Notes under the pieces: model-generated | The model's database searches: none | The model's input: the letters and a program-made list of their open reading frames with translations, nothing else | What the model was told of the DNA's origin: nothing | Program-made: the position numbers and the translations under genes | Part shown: in pieces, positions 1-9,317 of the stretch | Layout of the letters: every line of letters begins with the position of its first letter | How positions within the stretch are numbered: position 1 is the stretch's first letter | Assembly (NCBI GenBank): GCA_017461225.1 | Contig: JAFTYV010000021.1 | Location: 46,556 to 110,555 of the forward strand | Direction of reading: 5' to 3' | Length of the DNA stretch: 64,000 nucleotides | Source: Candidatus Methanomethylophilaceae archaeon | Lineage (GTDB): Archaea; Thermoplasmatota; Thermoplasmata; Methanomassiliicoccales; Methanomethylophilaceae

Positions 1-455
1 TCCCTGCGGTAGGCCTCCCTGAACGGGACCTCGGGGACGAGGAGCGGTTCGTCGTCGTAGAAGAAGCTGTCGTCCACCTCGATGGGTTCTGGCTCGACTG
101 GGGGCTCGGAACGGACACGGGTCGATTCGGACTGCAGCCTGAGGATCTTCCATGCCATCAGCATGAGCTTCCCGGCGACGATCATATCGAACGTGTTGTT
201 GGCGACCTTGCGGCCGTACATCCTGACGAACTCGGACAGGTCGATCTCCCAGGGATCGATACCGTTCTCCAGCACGAGGCTGAACACGGCGCGTATGGAC
301 TCGTCCACCGGGTCCTGGAGCCTCTCCCCGGATTCCGTACGCGACAGGATGTCGACGTATCCGCTGATGCGCTTGTAGGACTCGGCGTCCTCCGCCAGAG
401 CCTTGTGGAACAGCAGGTGCTGCTCCAGTTCCTCAATCCTTGTGTTCCCATCCAT
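1..455 (-). CDS. scpA: Segregation and condensation protein A (kleisin), 3'-truncated by window edge
   Basis: Manual translation from ATG 455: MDGNTRIEELEQHLLFHKAL...ENGIDPWEIDLSEFVRMY. Has the PWxIDL ScpA motif, is open to the window edge and overlaps the smc stop. Confidence 0.85.
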   Translation of the reverse strand, partial: MDGNTRIEELEQHLLFHKALAEDAESYKRISGYVDILSRTESGERLQDPVDESIRAVFSLVLENGIDPWEIDLSEFVRMYGRKVANNTFDMIVAGKLMLMAWKILRLQSESTRVRSEPPVEPEPIEVDDSFFYDDEPLLVPEVPFREAYRR

Positions 456-3400
456 CTCCGTTCGCCTCCGCGTCCCTGCCCTTGGCCTCCTCCTCGTACC
501 TGGATACCTCCGAGAAGTCGGGCTGTATTATGACCTTGCTTATACCGGAAGGCGGCCTCGTGACACCGATCAGGTTGTCGGCCAACGCCAACGTCACCTT
601 CCTCAGCGACACCTGTATGAACTGCGCCTTCATTGAACTTTCCCTCACTCTCTTCGCGACCATCTCCGCGTTGACGGAATCCAGGAACATGTCCACCTCG
701 TCCAACACGTAGAACGGGGACGGCTGGTACTCCTGTATCGCGAATATGAACGACAGCGCCGTGAGGGACTTCTCCCCTCCGGACAGGGACTCCAGTCTGA
801 GGAGCTTGCCGTTCCTGGGCTTGGCGTTTATCATCAGGCCGCCGTTGAACGGATCGTCCTCGTCCTCGAGACCCATGAACGCCTCCCCTCCGCCGGAGAG
901 CTCGGCGTATATCGACCTGAAGTTCTCGTTGATCGCATCGTACGACCTCATGAAGAGGCCCTTCTTCCTGGAGGTCAGGTCCTCCATCAGGTCCGAGAGC
1001 TCCCTGATCTGCCTGTTGAGCGCGGCGACCTCCCCCATCAGGGCGTCGTAGCGGCCCTTCTTCTCATCGTAATCCTCGATGGCACGGAGGTTGACGTTCC
1101 CCAGACCGGATATTACGGCCTCCTGCGCCCTTATGCGGCGCCTGATCTCCTCCTCCGAGGGTATGGGCTGTGCCACCTCGAAGCCTATGGCCTCCACCTC
1201 CGCACGGAGGTTGGATATGGACTCGGCCAGTATCAGGAGCTGCGCCTCGAACGACGCCTTGGACGCCGCGGTGTTCTCCAGCTCCTTGACGAGCTCCCTG
1301 AGGTCCGCCTCGTATCCGTACTTCCTGGCCAGCAGCTCGTCCTTCTGGTTGCGGAGGTCCTCTATGCCGCCCTCCATCTCGGCCTCGATGGCCCTGAGGG
1401 CGTCGAGGTCCAGTCTGGCGCGCTCCATCGCGGCTGCGTTCTCCTCGATCGCGGCACGGTCGGCGGCGATGGCCTCCAGCACGGAGTCCAGCTGCATCTG
1501 CAGGGACTCGTTCTGCTTCCCGTACCCCACGATCTCGGTGTCTATGCCCCCCATCTGGAGACGGTGGTCCGATATCGACTCGCGCAGCCTGTACAGGGCG
1601 TCGCGGACGGCCTGGATCCTGTTCTGCAGCTCGACCGGTGCGATCTCCGCTATGCGGTCCTTTATGCGCGTCCTCTCCTCGGTGAGCTGCGCCATGCGCT
1701 CCGAGACCGTGCCGAACCTGGATCTGGCCTGCTCGAGCGCCGCATCGGCCTCGGTCATCCTCGCCCTGACGGCGGCCATCTCCGCGGATGCGGACTGCCT
1801 TGCCTTCTCCAGCTGGTCCATGCGGCCCCTGATCTGGGCCACCTGCTCCCTCTGGGCGATGCCGGACGAGGAGGCACGCCTCATCTCGTCGTCGATCGCG
1901 CGGATCTCGTCGCGGACGCCCCTCAGCCTGAACCTGACGTCGTCCAGCGCCTCGGCCGCCCTCCTGAGCTTCTCCCCGAGTTCGGTCAGCCTGTCCTCGG
2001 ATGCGGCCCCGAACTTCAGCAGGTTCTGCTGGCTCAGGTTCCCCCCGACCATGGCACCGGATGCCTCGATCAGCTCACCTGGCATGGTGACGATCCTGAT
2101 CCCTCCCATGATACGGCGTGCGGCGTCCATGTCCCTGACGACCAGCGTGTCGCCCAGGACGTACCAGAACGCGTTGTAGTACCTCTGGTCGAAGTCTATG
2201 AGGTCTATCGCGTATCCCTCGGTGTCCTTGACGCTCATGATCGCCTTGGCACGGGGCTTGCCCCCCATCATCTTGCTGAGGGGGAGGAACGTCACGCGCC
2301 CGAGCTTCTCCTTCTTCAGGTACGCTATCGCATCCGCGGCCACCTGGTCGTCATCCACGACGACCGCCTGCATCTTGCCCCCGGCCGCGACAGACAGGGC
2401 CGTCTCGAAGCCCTTGTCGACCGATGCGAGCTCCTGTATCGTCCCGTGGATGCCGTGCATCTCGCCACGATTCCTGAGGGACAGTATCGCCTCCACCGCG
2501 GCGCTGCCGCGGTTGATCCTGTCGGACACCTTCTTCTCCGCATGGAGGGAGTTGTACTCCGCATCTATCCTGCGGTAGGCGGAGTCCAGCTCCGACTCCT
2601 GCTTCTCCAGCTCGGCCTCGCGACGCTTGGCGTCGAGGATCCTGGCCCCGTAGTCCTCCAGACTCGGGCCCGCCTCCCCCTTGAGCTGGTCCAGGCTCCA
2701 TTTGGAGTCCTTTATCTCGAAATCTATGTTCTGTATCCTCTCGTCCAGGGCGCTGTGGCTGTTGTGCGCCTCGTCGGAGGCCACCTCCGCCTTGGCCAGC
2801 TCCCCCTGTGCGGTGCGGAGCTCGGTGGAGCATGCCTCGAAATCGGCCTCCACCCTGTCCAGACGGTCCTGGAGCTCCCTCTGCTCGCCGCCGGTGCTGG
2901 ATATCTGCTCGGAGACCTCGCGCTCCTCGGCCTCCCTCGAGGCCTTCTCGGCCTCCTCCTCCTGCATGCGGACGAGCAGCAGCTCCCTGCTCTGGCGGAG
3001 CTCGACGACCTGGGCGTTGTTGGACGCCATGGAATCCTCGAACTTCTGTCTGAACGCCTCCTGCTCCTCCAGGTCCGCCTCGGCGGACTCCTTGCGGTCC
3101 CTCTTCGTCGCGAGGACGATCTTGGCATCCTCTATCCTCTTCTTCAGGTCCCTGTACTCCGGACCGACCTTGGACGCGATCTCCTCCTCCTTGGAACGGA
3201 TCCCGTCGTCCGTGGCCCTTATGTCCGACTCCAAGGTGGCCCTGCGTGAGGCCCCGTCGACCAGGGAGGCGTCCATGCGTGCGACCTGCTCCGACACGGA
3301 CTCGTGCTTGGAGCGTTCCATCTGGTACCTGCGGTGGGTGTGCTGGGCACGGGCCATGTCCAGGGCGGACTTGGCCTCCAGGTACTTGCGGGCGTCCTCG

Positions 3401-4041
3401 CGGTCCTTCTCGAGCTTCCTAACCTGGACGTCGAGCTCGTCCGTGACGATGGTGATGCGGTCCAGGTTCGTCTCGGCCTCGTGCCTCTCGGCACGTGCCT
3501 TGTCTATGTCCGCATCGAAGCTCGCGATGCCGGATATGGAGTCGACGATGCGCCTCCGCTCCACGTTGCCCATCTGGACGATGCGGGTGACATCGCCCTG
3601 CTGGACGAGGTTGTATCCGTCGGCGCTTATGCGGGCCTTCGTCAGGAGGCTGTCGAACTCGGACATCGTCGACTTGCGGTCGTTTATGTAGAAATGGGAA
3701 CTGTAGTCCGTGCCGTTGTCGGAGACCCTCACGTGACGGGTCAGGCGCACGATGTCGTCGTCCCATGGCATGAGGCGGTCGCTGTTGTCGAACACGAGGG
3801 ACACACGCATCTGCGATGCCCTGTTCTTGGATTTGCCGCCGTCGAATATGAGGTCGGTCAGTTTGCCGGCGCGCACCGCCTTGGAACTCTTGGGTCCAAG
3901 GACGAAGAGGATGGCGTCCGAGATGTTCGATTTGCCGGAACCGTTCGGTCCGGTCACTGCTGTGTAGCCCTCCATGAGGGGCACCGTGAGTTTGCCCCCG
4001 AAGGACTTGAAGTTCTCCAATTCGACCTGTTTTAAATACAC
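433..4041 (-). CDS. smc: Chromosome segregation protein SMC
   Basis: Walker A GPNGSGKSN, long coiled coils, hinge (GIHGTIQEL, GRVTFLPL), signature LSGGEKS, Walker B VLDEVD. Start re-called at GTG 4041 (VYLKQVELENFKSF). Confidence 0.97.
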   Translation of the reverse strand: MYLKQVELENFKSFGGKLTVPLMEGYTAVTGPNGSGKSNISDAILFVLGPKSSKAVRAGKLTDLIFDGGKSKNRASQMRVSLVFDNSDRLMPWDDDIVRLTRHVRVSDNGTDYSSHFYINDRKSTMSEFDSLLTKARISADGYNLVQQGDVTRIVQMGNVERRRIVDSISGIASFDADIDKARAERHEAETNLDRITIVTDELDVQVRKLEKDREDARKYLEAKSALDMARAQHTHRRYQMERSKHESVSEQVARMDASLVDGASRRATLESDIRATDDGIRSKEEEIASKVGPEYRDLKKRIEDAKIVLATKRDRKESAEADLEEQEAFRQKFEDSMASNNAQVVELRQSRELLLVRMQEEEAEKASREAEEREVSEQISSTGGEQRELQDRLDRVEADFEACSTELRTAQGELAKAEVASDEAHNSHSALDERIQNIDFEIKDSKWSLDQLKGEAGPSLEDYGARILDAKRREAELEKQESELDSAYRRIDAEYNSLHAEKKVSDRINRGSAAVEAILSLRNRGEMHGIHGTIQELASVDKGFETALSVAAGGKMQAVVVDDDQVAADAIAYLKKEKLGRVTFLPLSKMMGGKPRAKAIMSVKDTEGYAIDLIDFDQRYYNAFWYVLGDTLVVRDMDAARRIMGGIRIVTMPGELIEASGAMVGGNLSQQNLLKFGAASEDRLTELGEKLRRAAEALDDVRFRLRGVRDEIRAIDDEMRRASSSGIAQREQVAQIRGRMDQLEKARQSASAEMAAVRARMTEADAALEQARSRFGTVSERMAQLTEERTRIKDRIAEIAPVELQNRIQAVRDALYRLRESISDHRLQMGGIDTEIVGYGKQNESLQMQLDSVLEAIAADRAAIEENAAAMERARLDLDALRAIEAEMEGGIEDLRNQKDELLARKYGYEADLRELVKELENTAASKASFEAQLLILAESISNLRAEVEAIGFEVAQPIPSEEEIRRRIRAQEAVISGLGNVNLRAIEDYDEKKGRYDALMGEVAALNRQIRELSDLMEDLTSRKKGLFMRSYDAINENFRSIYAELSGGGEAFMGLEDEDDPFNGGLMINAKPRNGKLLRLESLSGGEKSLTALSFIFAIQEYQPSPFYVLDEVDMFLDSVNAEMVAKRVRESSMKAQFIQVSLRKVTLALADNLIGVTRPPSGISKVIIQPDFSEVSRYEEEAKGRDAEANGDGWEHKD

Positions 4042-4182
4042 ACTACACCCCGCAGAGGGCAGTCGAGCACGTGCTCCTTGCATCCCATCGTCGTGTATGT
4101 TAGGTCCCGTCCGCGGTCCTTCCCTTCCGCAGACGCGTACACGACGGGTAAATTATCGTTAACAATGTATTTAAAGAACACG

Positions 4183-4968
4183 TCATACGTCGACATCTCG
4201 GCGGTCAAACAGCGGTGGGATGTCGGCCACCGACCCGAGCACGTGGTCCGGCTCCAGTCCGGACGCTTCCAGATCCCCCAGGGTCGCCTCGCCGGTGAGG
4301 ACCAGTATCGAGTGCGCTCCGGCGCGGGAGGCGACCTCCATGTCCGTGTACAGCCTGTCCCCGACCATCACGGTGTCCGACGGGTCGACCCCCATGATGT
4401 CCGCGGCCATCTCCAGGAAGAGCGTGTTGGGCTTGCCTATCACCAGAGCCCTCCTGCCGCACATCTGCTCGAACATACGTATGAACGGACCCAGGTCTAT
4501 GTCGTAGCCGACCTCGGAGGGACAGGTGTCATCCGGATTCGTGGCCATCAGCTCCGCCCCGTCCACGAGGAAACGGTAGGCGGCATTGATCTTGTCGTAA
4601 GTCATTGTGCGGTCGAACGTCAGGAGCACTATGTCCGGCTCGCTGTCTACGATGTTAACCCCTGCGGATGCCATCTCCTCCGCGACACCGGCCGACGCCA
4701 GGGGGTACACCCGGGCACCCGGACGGTTGTCCAGGAGGTAGCGGGTGGTCGCCACGACCGAGGTCAGGATCTCGTCGGGGGACACGTCGAACCCCATCGA
4801 CCTGAGCCTGTCCACATAGTGTGAGCGCGGATGGCAGGAGTTGTTGGTCAGGAACAGGAACGGTATGCCGTGCGAGCGCAGCGAAGCGATGAAATCCACG
4901 GCACCGGGGATCGGCCTGGATCCGTGGTAGACCGTCCCGTCCATGTCTATCATAAATCCGGAGTACAC
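4183..4968 (-). CDS. HAD-IIA (NagD-like) hydrolase
   Basis: DMDGTVY motif I, LTNNS, GKPN, MVGDRLYTD. Confidence 0.9.
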   Translation of the reverse strand: MYSGFMIDMDGTVYHGSRPIPGAVDFIASLRSHGIPFLFLTNNSCHPRSHYVDRLRSMGFDVSPDEILTSVVATTRYLLDNRPGARVYPLASAGVAEEMASAGVNIVDSEPDIVLLTFDRTMTYDKINAAYRFLVDGAELMATNPDDTCPSEVGYDIDLGPFIRMFEQMCGRRALVIGKPNTLFLEMAADIMGVDPSDTVMVGDRLYTDMEVASRAGAHSILVLTGEATLGDLEASGLEPDHVLGSVADIPPLFDRRDVDV

Positions 4969-5498
4969 GCACCCAACACCTCCGCCACCATGTCCATCGT
5001 GCGCCTCAGCTCGGCACGTGACACCTTGTTGTAGATCGTCGCGGCCGGATGGTACGTCGGTATGAACGGGACCATGGTCCCGCCGACATCAATCTCGGTC
5101 GGTCTGTTGACGATGTCAGCCATCGGCCCGGTGTGTCCCATCAGGTCGCGGCACGCCGACTTCCCGAGCCCCACCACCAGGCGCGCACCGCGCAGCTCCG
5201 ATTCCAGGAACGGCCTGCAGGCCGCCATCTCCACCGGCGATGGGTCGCGGTTGCCCGGCGGTCTGCACTTGACGGTGTTCGTTATGAGCACCATGGACCT
5301 GTCCAGACCCGCATCGGAGAGCATTCCCTCGAGGATCCTCCCCGAGCGGCCGACGAAAGGCCTCCCCTCGAGGTCCTCGTTCTCCCCGGGTGCCTCCCCG
5401 ACGAGGACCACCCCGGACGACGGATCCCCATCCGGGAGGACGATGTTCGTGCGACCGTCGCAGAGACCGCACAGGCGACAGTCCGGATCCGGCCTCAT
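4950..5498 (-). CDS. udg: Family 4 uracil-DNA glycosylase
   Basis: CxxCxLC Fe-S ligands, GEAPG, GRPFVGRSG, KCRPPGNR, YHPAA. Confidence 0.93.
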   Translation of the reverse strand: MRPDPDCRLCGLCDGRTNIVLPDGDPSSGVVLVGEAPGENEDLEGRPFVGRSGRILEGMLSDAGLDRSMVLITNTVKCRPPGNRDPSPVEMAACRPFLESELRGARLVVGLGKSACRDLMGHTGPMADIVNRPTEIDVGGTMVPFIPTYHPAATIYNKVSRAELRRTMDMVAEVLGACTPDL

Positions 5499-6025
5499 CT
5501 GCCCGCCACGAGATCGGATGCGACGACCAGCGGATTGAAGCGCACGCCGATCTCGGCGAGGTTCTCCCTGCCACCGCCCTCGCGGTCTATGACGGACAGG
5601 ACGTCCGTGACCTCGGCCCCGTTCTCACGGAGCGTCTGGATGGCCTTTATGCTGGACCCAGCGGTCGTGATGACGTCCTCCACCACGAGCACCCTGTCAC
5701 CGGGGTTCAGGTCGCCCTCGATGAGCTTTCCGGTGCCGTGGTCCTTCTTCTCCTTCCTGATCATGACGTAGGGTATGCCGGTCGCCAGCGACAGCGCCGC
5801 GGCGAGCGGGACGGATCCCAGGACGACACCCGCGATCCTGTCGGGGCGGATGTTCTCGATCTGCATCCTCTCCGCCATGAGCTGGGAGATCAGGTACAGG
5901 ACACGGGGGTTCGTGCTGGCCTTCTTGATGTCTATGTAGTAACTGCTCTTGGCACCGGATGCCAACGTGAAATCACCGAACTGCAGCGCACCGCACTCGG
6001 TCAATGCCTTCGAAAGATCGCTCAT
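5495..6025 (-). CDS. pyrE: Orotate phosphoribosyltransferase
   Basis: FGDFTLASG, YIDIK, RKEKKDHG, VEDVITTAGS PRPP-binding motif. Confidence 0.95.
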   Translation of the reverse strand: MSDLSKALTECGALQFGDFTLASGAKSSYYIDIKKASTNPRVLYLISQLMAERMQIENIRPDRIAGVVLGSVPLAAALSLATGIPYVMIRKEKKDHGTGKLIEGDLNPGDRVLVVEDVITTAGSSIKAIQTLRENGAEVTDVLSVIDREGGGRENLAEIGVRFNPLVVASDLVAGR

Positions 6026-6029
6026 TTCC

Positions 6030-6602
6030 TCACCATGGTTCCTTCTTGAGACCCATCCTGTATCCGATTATGTTGACGATGCGGTGCACGGCGAACATGA
6101 TCAGCAGTATGAACAGGAGTGCCAGGATGTGCCACCCCTCCACGTAGGTGCTGTAGACCCACTCGGGGTGGAACAGCGCGGTCAGCAGGAACGCGCCGAT
6201 CACGAAGTCGTACTGGTCCAGGACCGGTGCCTTCTGGCCCCTCTCCATTCCCAGCCTCCTCTTGATGAACGCACCGCACAGATCGCCGAGGACCGCTCCG
6301 AACGAGAGGCACGCTATGACCCCCACGTTGTCCCAGAACGGACCGTAGCCCCAGTAGTCCACCGGGTCCCAGATGGACGATATACCGATGAGCACCAGAC
6401 CGAAGGCGATTCCGGAGAACGCGCCGCCGAAGAAACCACGCCAGGACTTGCCGTCACCGAATATCCTCCTGCCACGCCAGGACCTGCCGAAATCGATCTT
6501 GGTCCCGCCTCCGAACACCACCGCTGCGGAGTTCGGGATCATCGCCGGCAGGAACAGCCAAAGACCGAGAACCATTATCGTGATCGCTTCCATCGGTTCC
6601 AC
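6030..6602 (-). CDS. carS: CDP-archaeol synthase
   Basis: PAMIPNSAAVVFGGG, DGKSWRG, GDLCGAFIKRRLG, LDQYDF; hydrophobic. Confidence 0.88.
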   Translation of the reverse strand: MEPMEAITIMVLGLWLFLPAMIPNSAAVVFGGGTKIDFGRSWRGRRIFGDGKSWRGFFGGAFSGIAFGLVLIGISSIWDPVDYWGYGPFWDNVGVIACLSFGAVLGDLCGAFIKRRLGMERGQKAPVLDQYDFVIGAFLLTALFHPEWVYSTYVEGWHILALLFILLIMFAVHRIVNIIGYRMGLKKEPW

Positions 6603-6689
6603 TGATGCACCTGCGGTTCCCCATGTGCCGGGACCCTATAACCCTTTCCGCCCCACCGTGTTATTAACCTGTGAACCCATCGCCCGACC

Positions 6690-7148
6690 ATGTTGGTTCT
6701 CGACAGTTCCGCCTTCTTCTCGATGGAATCCCTGCCCGATGAGGAGCATGCATGCCCTCCCGGAGTCATCAGGGAGTTGGAGAACCACGGCGACCCGAGG
6801 CTCGCCCTGTGGGGCGACATGGTCAGGGTGTCCGACTGCACCGGGGAATCGATGGAGAGGGTCAGGGACGCCGCCGGACGCAGCGGGGACCTGGGGAGGC
6901 TGTCCCCGGTGGACCTGAGCGTGCTGGCGTTGGCGCTGGACCTGGATGCCACGATATGGTCCGACGACTACTCCATACAGAACGTGGCGCGCATCATGGG
7001 GATCGGCTTCAGGCCCGTGGGCATGAAGGGCATCCAGAAGGTGGTCAGATGGAACTACCAGTGCATCGGATGCGGCAAGTGGTACAAGGAGCGCATGCCG
7101 GACTGCCCGATCTGCGGATCGGGGATGAGGGCGTGCAGACGCAAGTGA
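6690..7148 (+). CDS. nob1: Nob1-like PIN endonuclease with C-terminal Zn ribbon
   Basis: VLDSSAF, LSPVDLSVLALA, SDDYSIQNVA, CxGC...CPICG. Confidence 0.88.
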   Translation: MLVLDSSAFFSMESLPDEEHACPPGVIRELENHGDPRLALWGDMVRVSDCTGESMERVRDAAGRSGDLGRLSPVDLSVLALALDLDATIWSDDYSIQNVARIMGIGFRPVGMKGIQKVVRWNYQCIGCGKWYKERMPDCPICGSGMRACRRK

Positions 7149-8243
7149 TCAGGGGAAGATGCGCTTGCAGCGTATCAGGTTGTCCATCCTGCGCTTCCCG
7201 AGGATACCCATGCACAGTCCCGTGGACCACTCTGATCTGAACGCGAACGTGTCCGCCAGCTTCTTGTTGAACGCGGCCGTCTTGAGGGGCTTCTCCATGA
7301 TCCCCCTCCACAGGGACTCGTAGTCGGTCAGCGGCGTGCCGGAGGTCACGTTGCCCCCTGCGACCTGACCGCATATCCTCCCGGCTATGAGCGCGAGCGG
7401 GACCCCGCCCCCGTTGACCGAGATGACATGTCCCGCGGCATCGCCGACGACCATCCCGGTTCCGGACACGGTCCTGTCTATGGGACCCTCGCTGGGCACG
7501 TACTTGCCCTCGAGCCTGCCCTCGATGGTGAAACCGTTCCTGTCCGCGAACTTCTCGAAGTAGGATGACAGGGAACCGTTGGCGAACTTGGGGGAAAAAC
7601 CCACACCAACGTTGGCACGGCCGTCCTTGGGGATTATCCATCCGTACGCGGCCGGCGCGATACCTCCGAAGTACATGTACATGTAGGGGTCGAAATCACC
7701 CTTGACCTGAGCCGTGACGGCCGGATACGGGTTCCTGTTCCTCTTCAGACCGAGGCTCTGGGCCACACGGGACCCGGGACCGTCGGCTCCGATCAGGACA
7801 CGGTACTCGATCTCACCCTTGGATGTCACGGCGACGTTGCCGCGGGATTCCTTGTACAGGCACTCCGTGACGAGCTCGGCACCCTCCTCCTCGGCGAGCG
7901 AGACGAGGTGCTTGTCGAACCTGTCCCTGTCGGTGGTGTATCCATCGAACTCCAGGGTGGTGACCTTGTCCTTAGGATCGACCAGCCTGATGCCCTCAAT
8001 CTGCCTGCAGCGGAGGTTGTCGGGGACGTCGAAGATCTCATCGGCGTCCTGTAGACCCGGGAACATGTCGTAGATCTCCTCGGTGCCGGGCATGAACTCC
8101 CCGCACCTGACGGGGACCCCGACCTCGGGCCTCCTCTCAAGGATCATGACACTGGCACCGGTTTTGGCAGCGAACCTCGCGGCCGTGCTTCCAGCGGGAC
8201 CGGACCCCACTACGAGAACATCGACTTTGGTCTTGTCAACCAT
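7149..8243 (-). CDS. Geranylgeranyl reductase family FAD oxidoreductase (paralog 1)
   Basis: VVGSGPAG, PVRCGE, YGWIIPK, GDAAG...GGG. Start re-called at ATG 8243 (MVDKTKVD). Confidence 0.88.
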   Translation of the reverse strand: MVDKTKVDVLVVGSGPAGSTAARFAAKTGASVMILERRPEVGVPVRCGEFMPGTEEIYDMFPGLQDADEIFDVPDNLRCRQIEGIRLVDPKDKVTTLEFDGYTTDRDRFDKHLVSLAEEEGAELVTECLYKESRGNVAVTSKGEIEYRVLIGADGPGSRVAQSLGLKRNRNPYPAVTAQVKGDFDPYMYMYFGGIAPAAYGWIIPKDGRANVGVGFSPKFANGSLSSYFEKFADRNGFTIEGRLEGKYVPSEGPIDRTVSGTGMVVGDAAGHVISVNGGGVPLALIAGRICGQVAGGNVTSGTPLTDYESLWRGIMEKPLKTAAFNKKLADTFAFRSEWSTGLCMGILGKRRMDNLIRCKRIFP

Positions 8244-8247
8244 GTGA

Positions 8248-9216
8248 TCACCTGTCGCGACTGACGATGTAGTCCGCCAGACCGATAAGGGCGGTTTTAT
8301 GAACGGAATCGGGGAATATGTCGAGACTGGCCTTGGCACGGGCGACGTACTCCTTCGCCAGGGCGTGACAGCGCGGGACGGCATCGGTCATCCTTATGAG
8401 CCTGAGCGCCTCGCGGACGTCGTCCATGGACACATCCACCTTCTCGAACAGCCTCCTTATGGAGGGGCCGTGCTCGGGATCCTCCATGGCGTAGATCACG
8501 GGGAGGGTGGGCTTGCCCTCGAGCAGGTCCGTCCCGACGGCCTTGCCGGTGTTGTGGGAGTCCCCTGTCACATCGAGCGTGTCATCCACGATCTGGAACG
8601 CGAGACCGATCTCGCAGGCGTAGTCGCCTATCGCCTCGATGCGGTCGAACGCCGCGCCCGCGATGGCCGCACCGGATTTGGCGGCGGCCTCGAACAGCTT
8701 GGCGGTCTTCCCGGTGATGATGCGGATGTAGTCCTCCATCCTGACGGACGATGCGTGCTCGTAGTCCTTCTGGACGAACTCCCCGGCACCCATGCAGGCG
8801 GATGCCTCGACGATGTAGTCCACGATCTCGGGGGCGTTGCCGGAGAGCAGCCTGAATCCCATCGCGAACATGTAGTCCCCGGCGATGATCGCCTTGCTGA
8901 CGGAGTACTCCTTGTGCAGGGTCTTCCTGCCGCGCCTGATCTCACCCTGATCGTTTATGTCGTCATGGACGAGGGATGCGCTGTGGATGATCTCGAACGC
9001 CGCCCCGACCCTGGCGGGGACCTTGGGTTCCGTGCCGCCGTTGAGGTTGTAGGACATTATGCAGAGGGCGGGCCTGAGCCTCTTCCCTCCAGAAGAGATG
9101 ACGTACTGACACATTTCGGTCAATTCGGGGTTCTCACGATACGCGAGGTTCTCCATCATGAGATCCTCCACGTACTGGAGCTCGTCTTTGATACAATCGT
9201 GCCAGCTATTGACCAT
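8248..9216 (-). CDS. Trans-polyprenyl diphosphate synthase, long-chain type
   Basis: GGKRLRP, first Asp-rich motif HSASLVHDDIND, RRG, GKTA, second motif FQIVDDTLD, DLLEGKPTLP. Confidence 0.9.
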   Translation of the reverse strand: MVNSWHDCIKDELQYVEDLMMENLAYRENPELTEMCQYVISSGGKRLRPALCIMSYNLNGGTEPKVPARVGAAFEIIHSASLVHDDINDQGEIRRGRKTLHKEYSVSKAIIAGDYMFAMGFRLLSGNAPEIVDYIVEASACMGAGEFVQKDYEHASSVRMEDYIRIITGKTAKLFEAAAKSGAAIAGAAFDRIEAIGDYACEIGLAFQIVDDTLDVTGDSHNTGKAVGTDLLEGKPTLPVIYAMEDPEHGPSIRRLFEKVDVSMDDVREALRLIRMTDAVPRCHALAKEYVARAKASLDIFPDSVHKTALIGLADYIVSRDR

Positions 9217-9317
9217 CGTCGTTGTATCACAGTGGGGTATTTAATCGTTAGTCAGGAACGACAATGAAAACGAATGATGTGTTGTAAGGGGTTTGGGTAA
9301 GGGGTTTGTGTTGAGGG

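Noticed and set aside
7140-7160. Convergent genes abutting with no gap (nob1/GGR; also 59594/59595)
   Set aside because: Common in compact archaeal genomes, with no sign of an antisense regulatory design.
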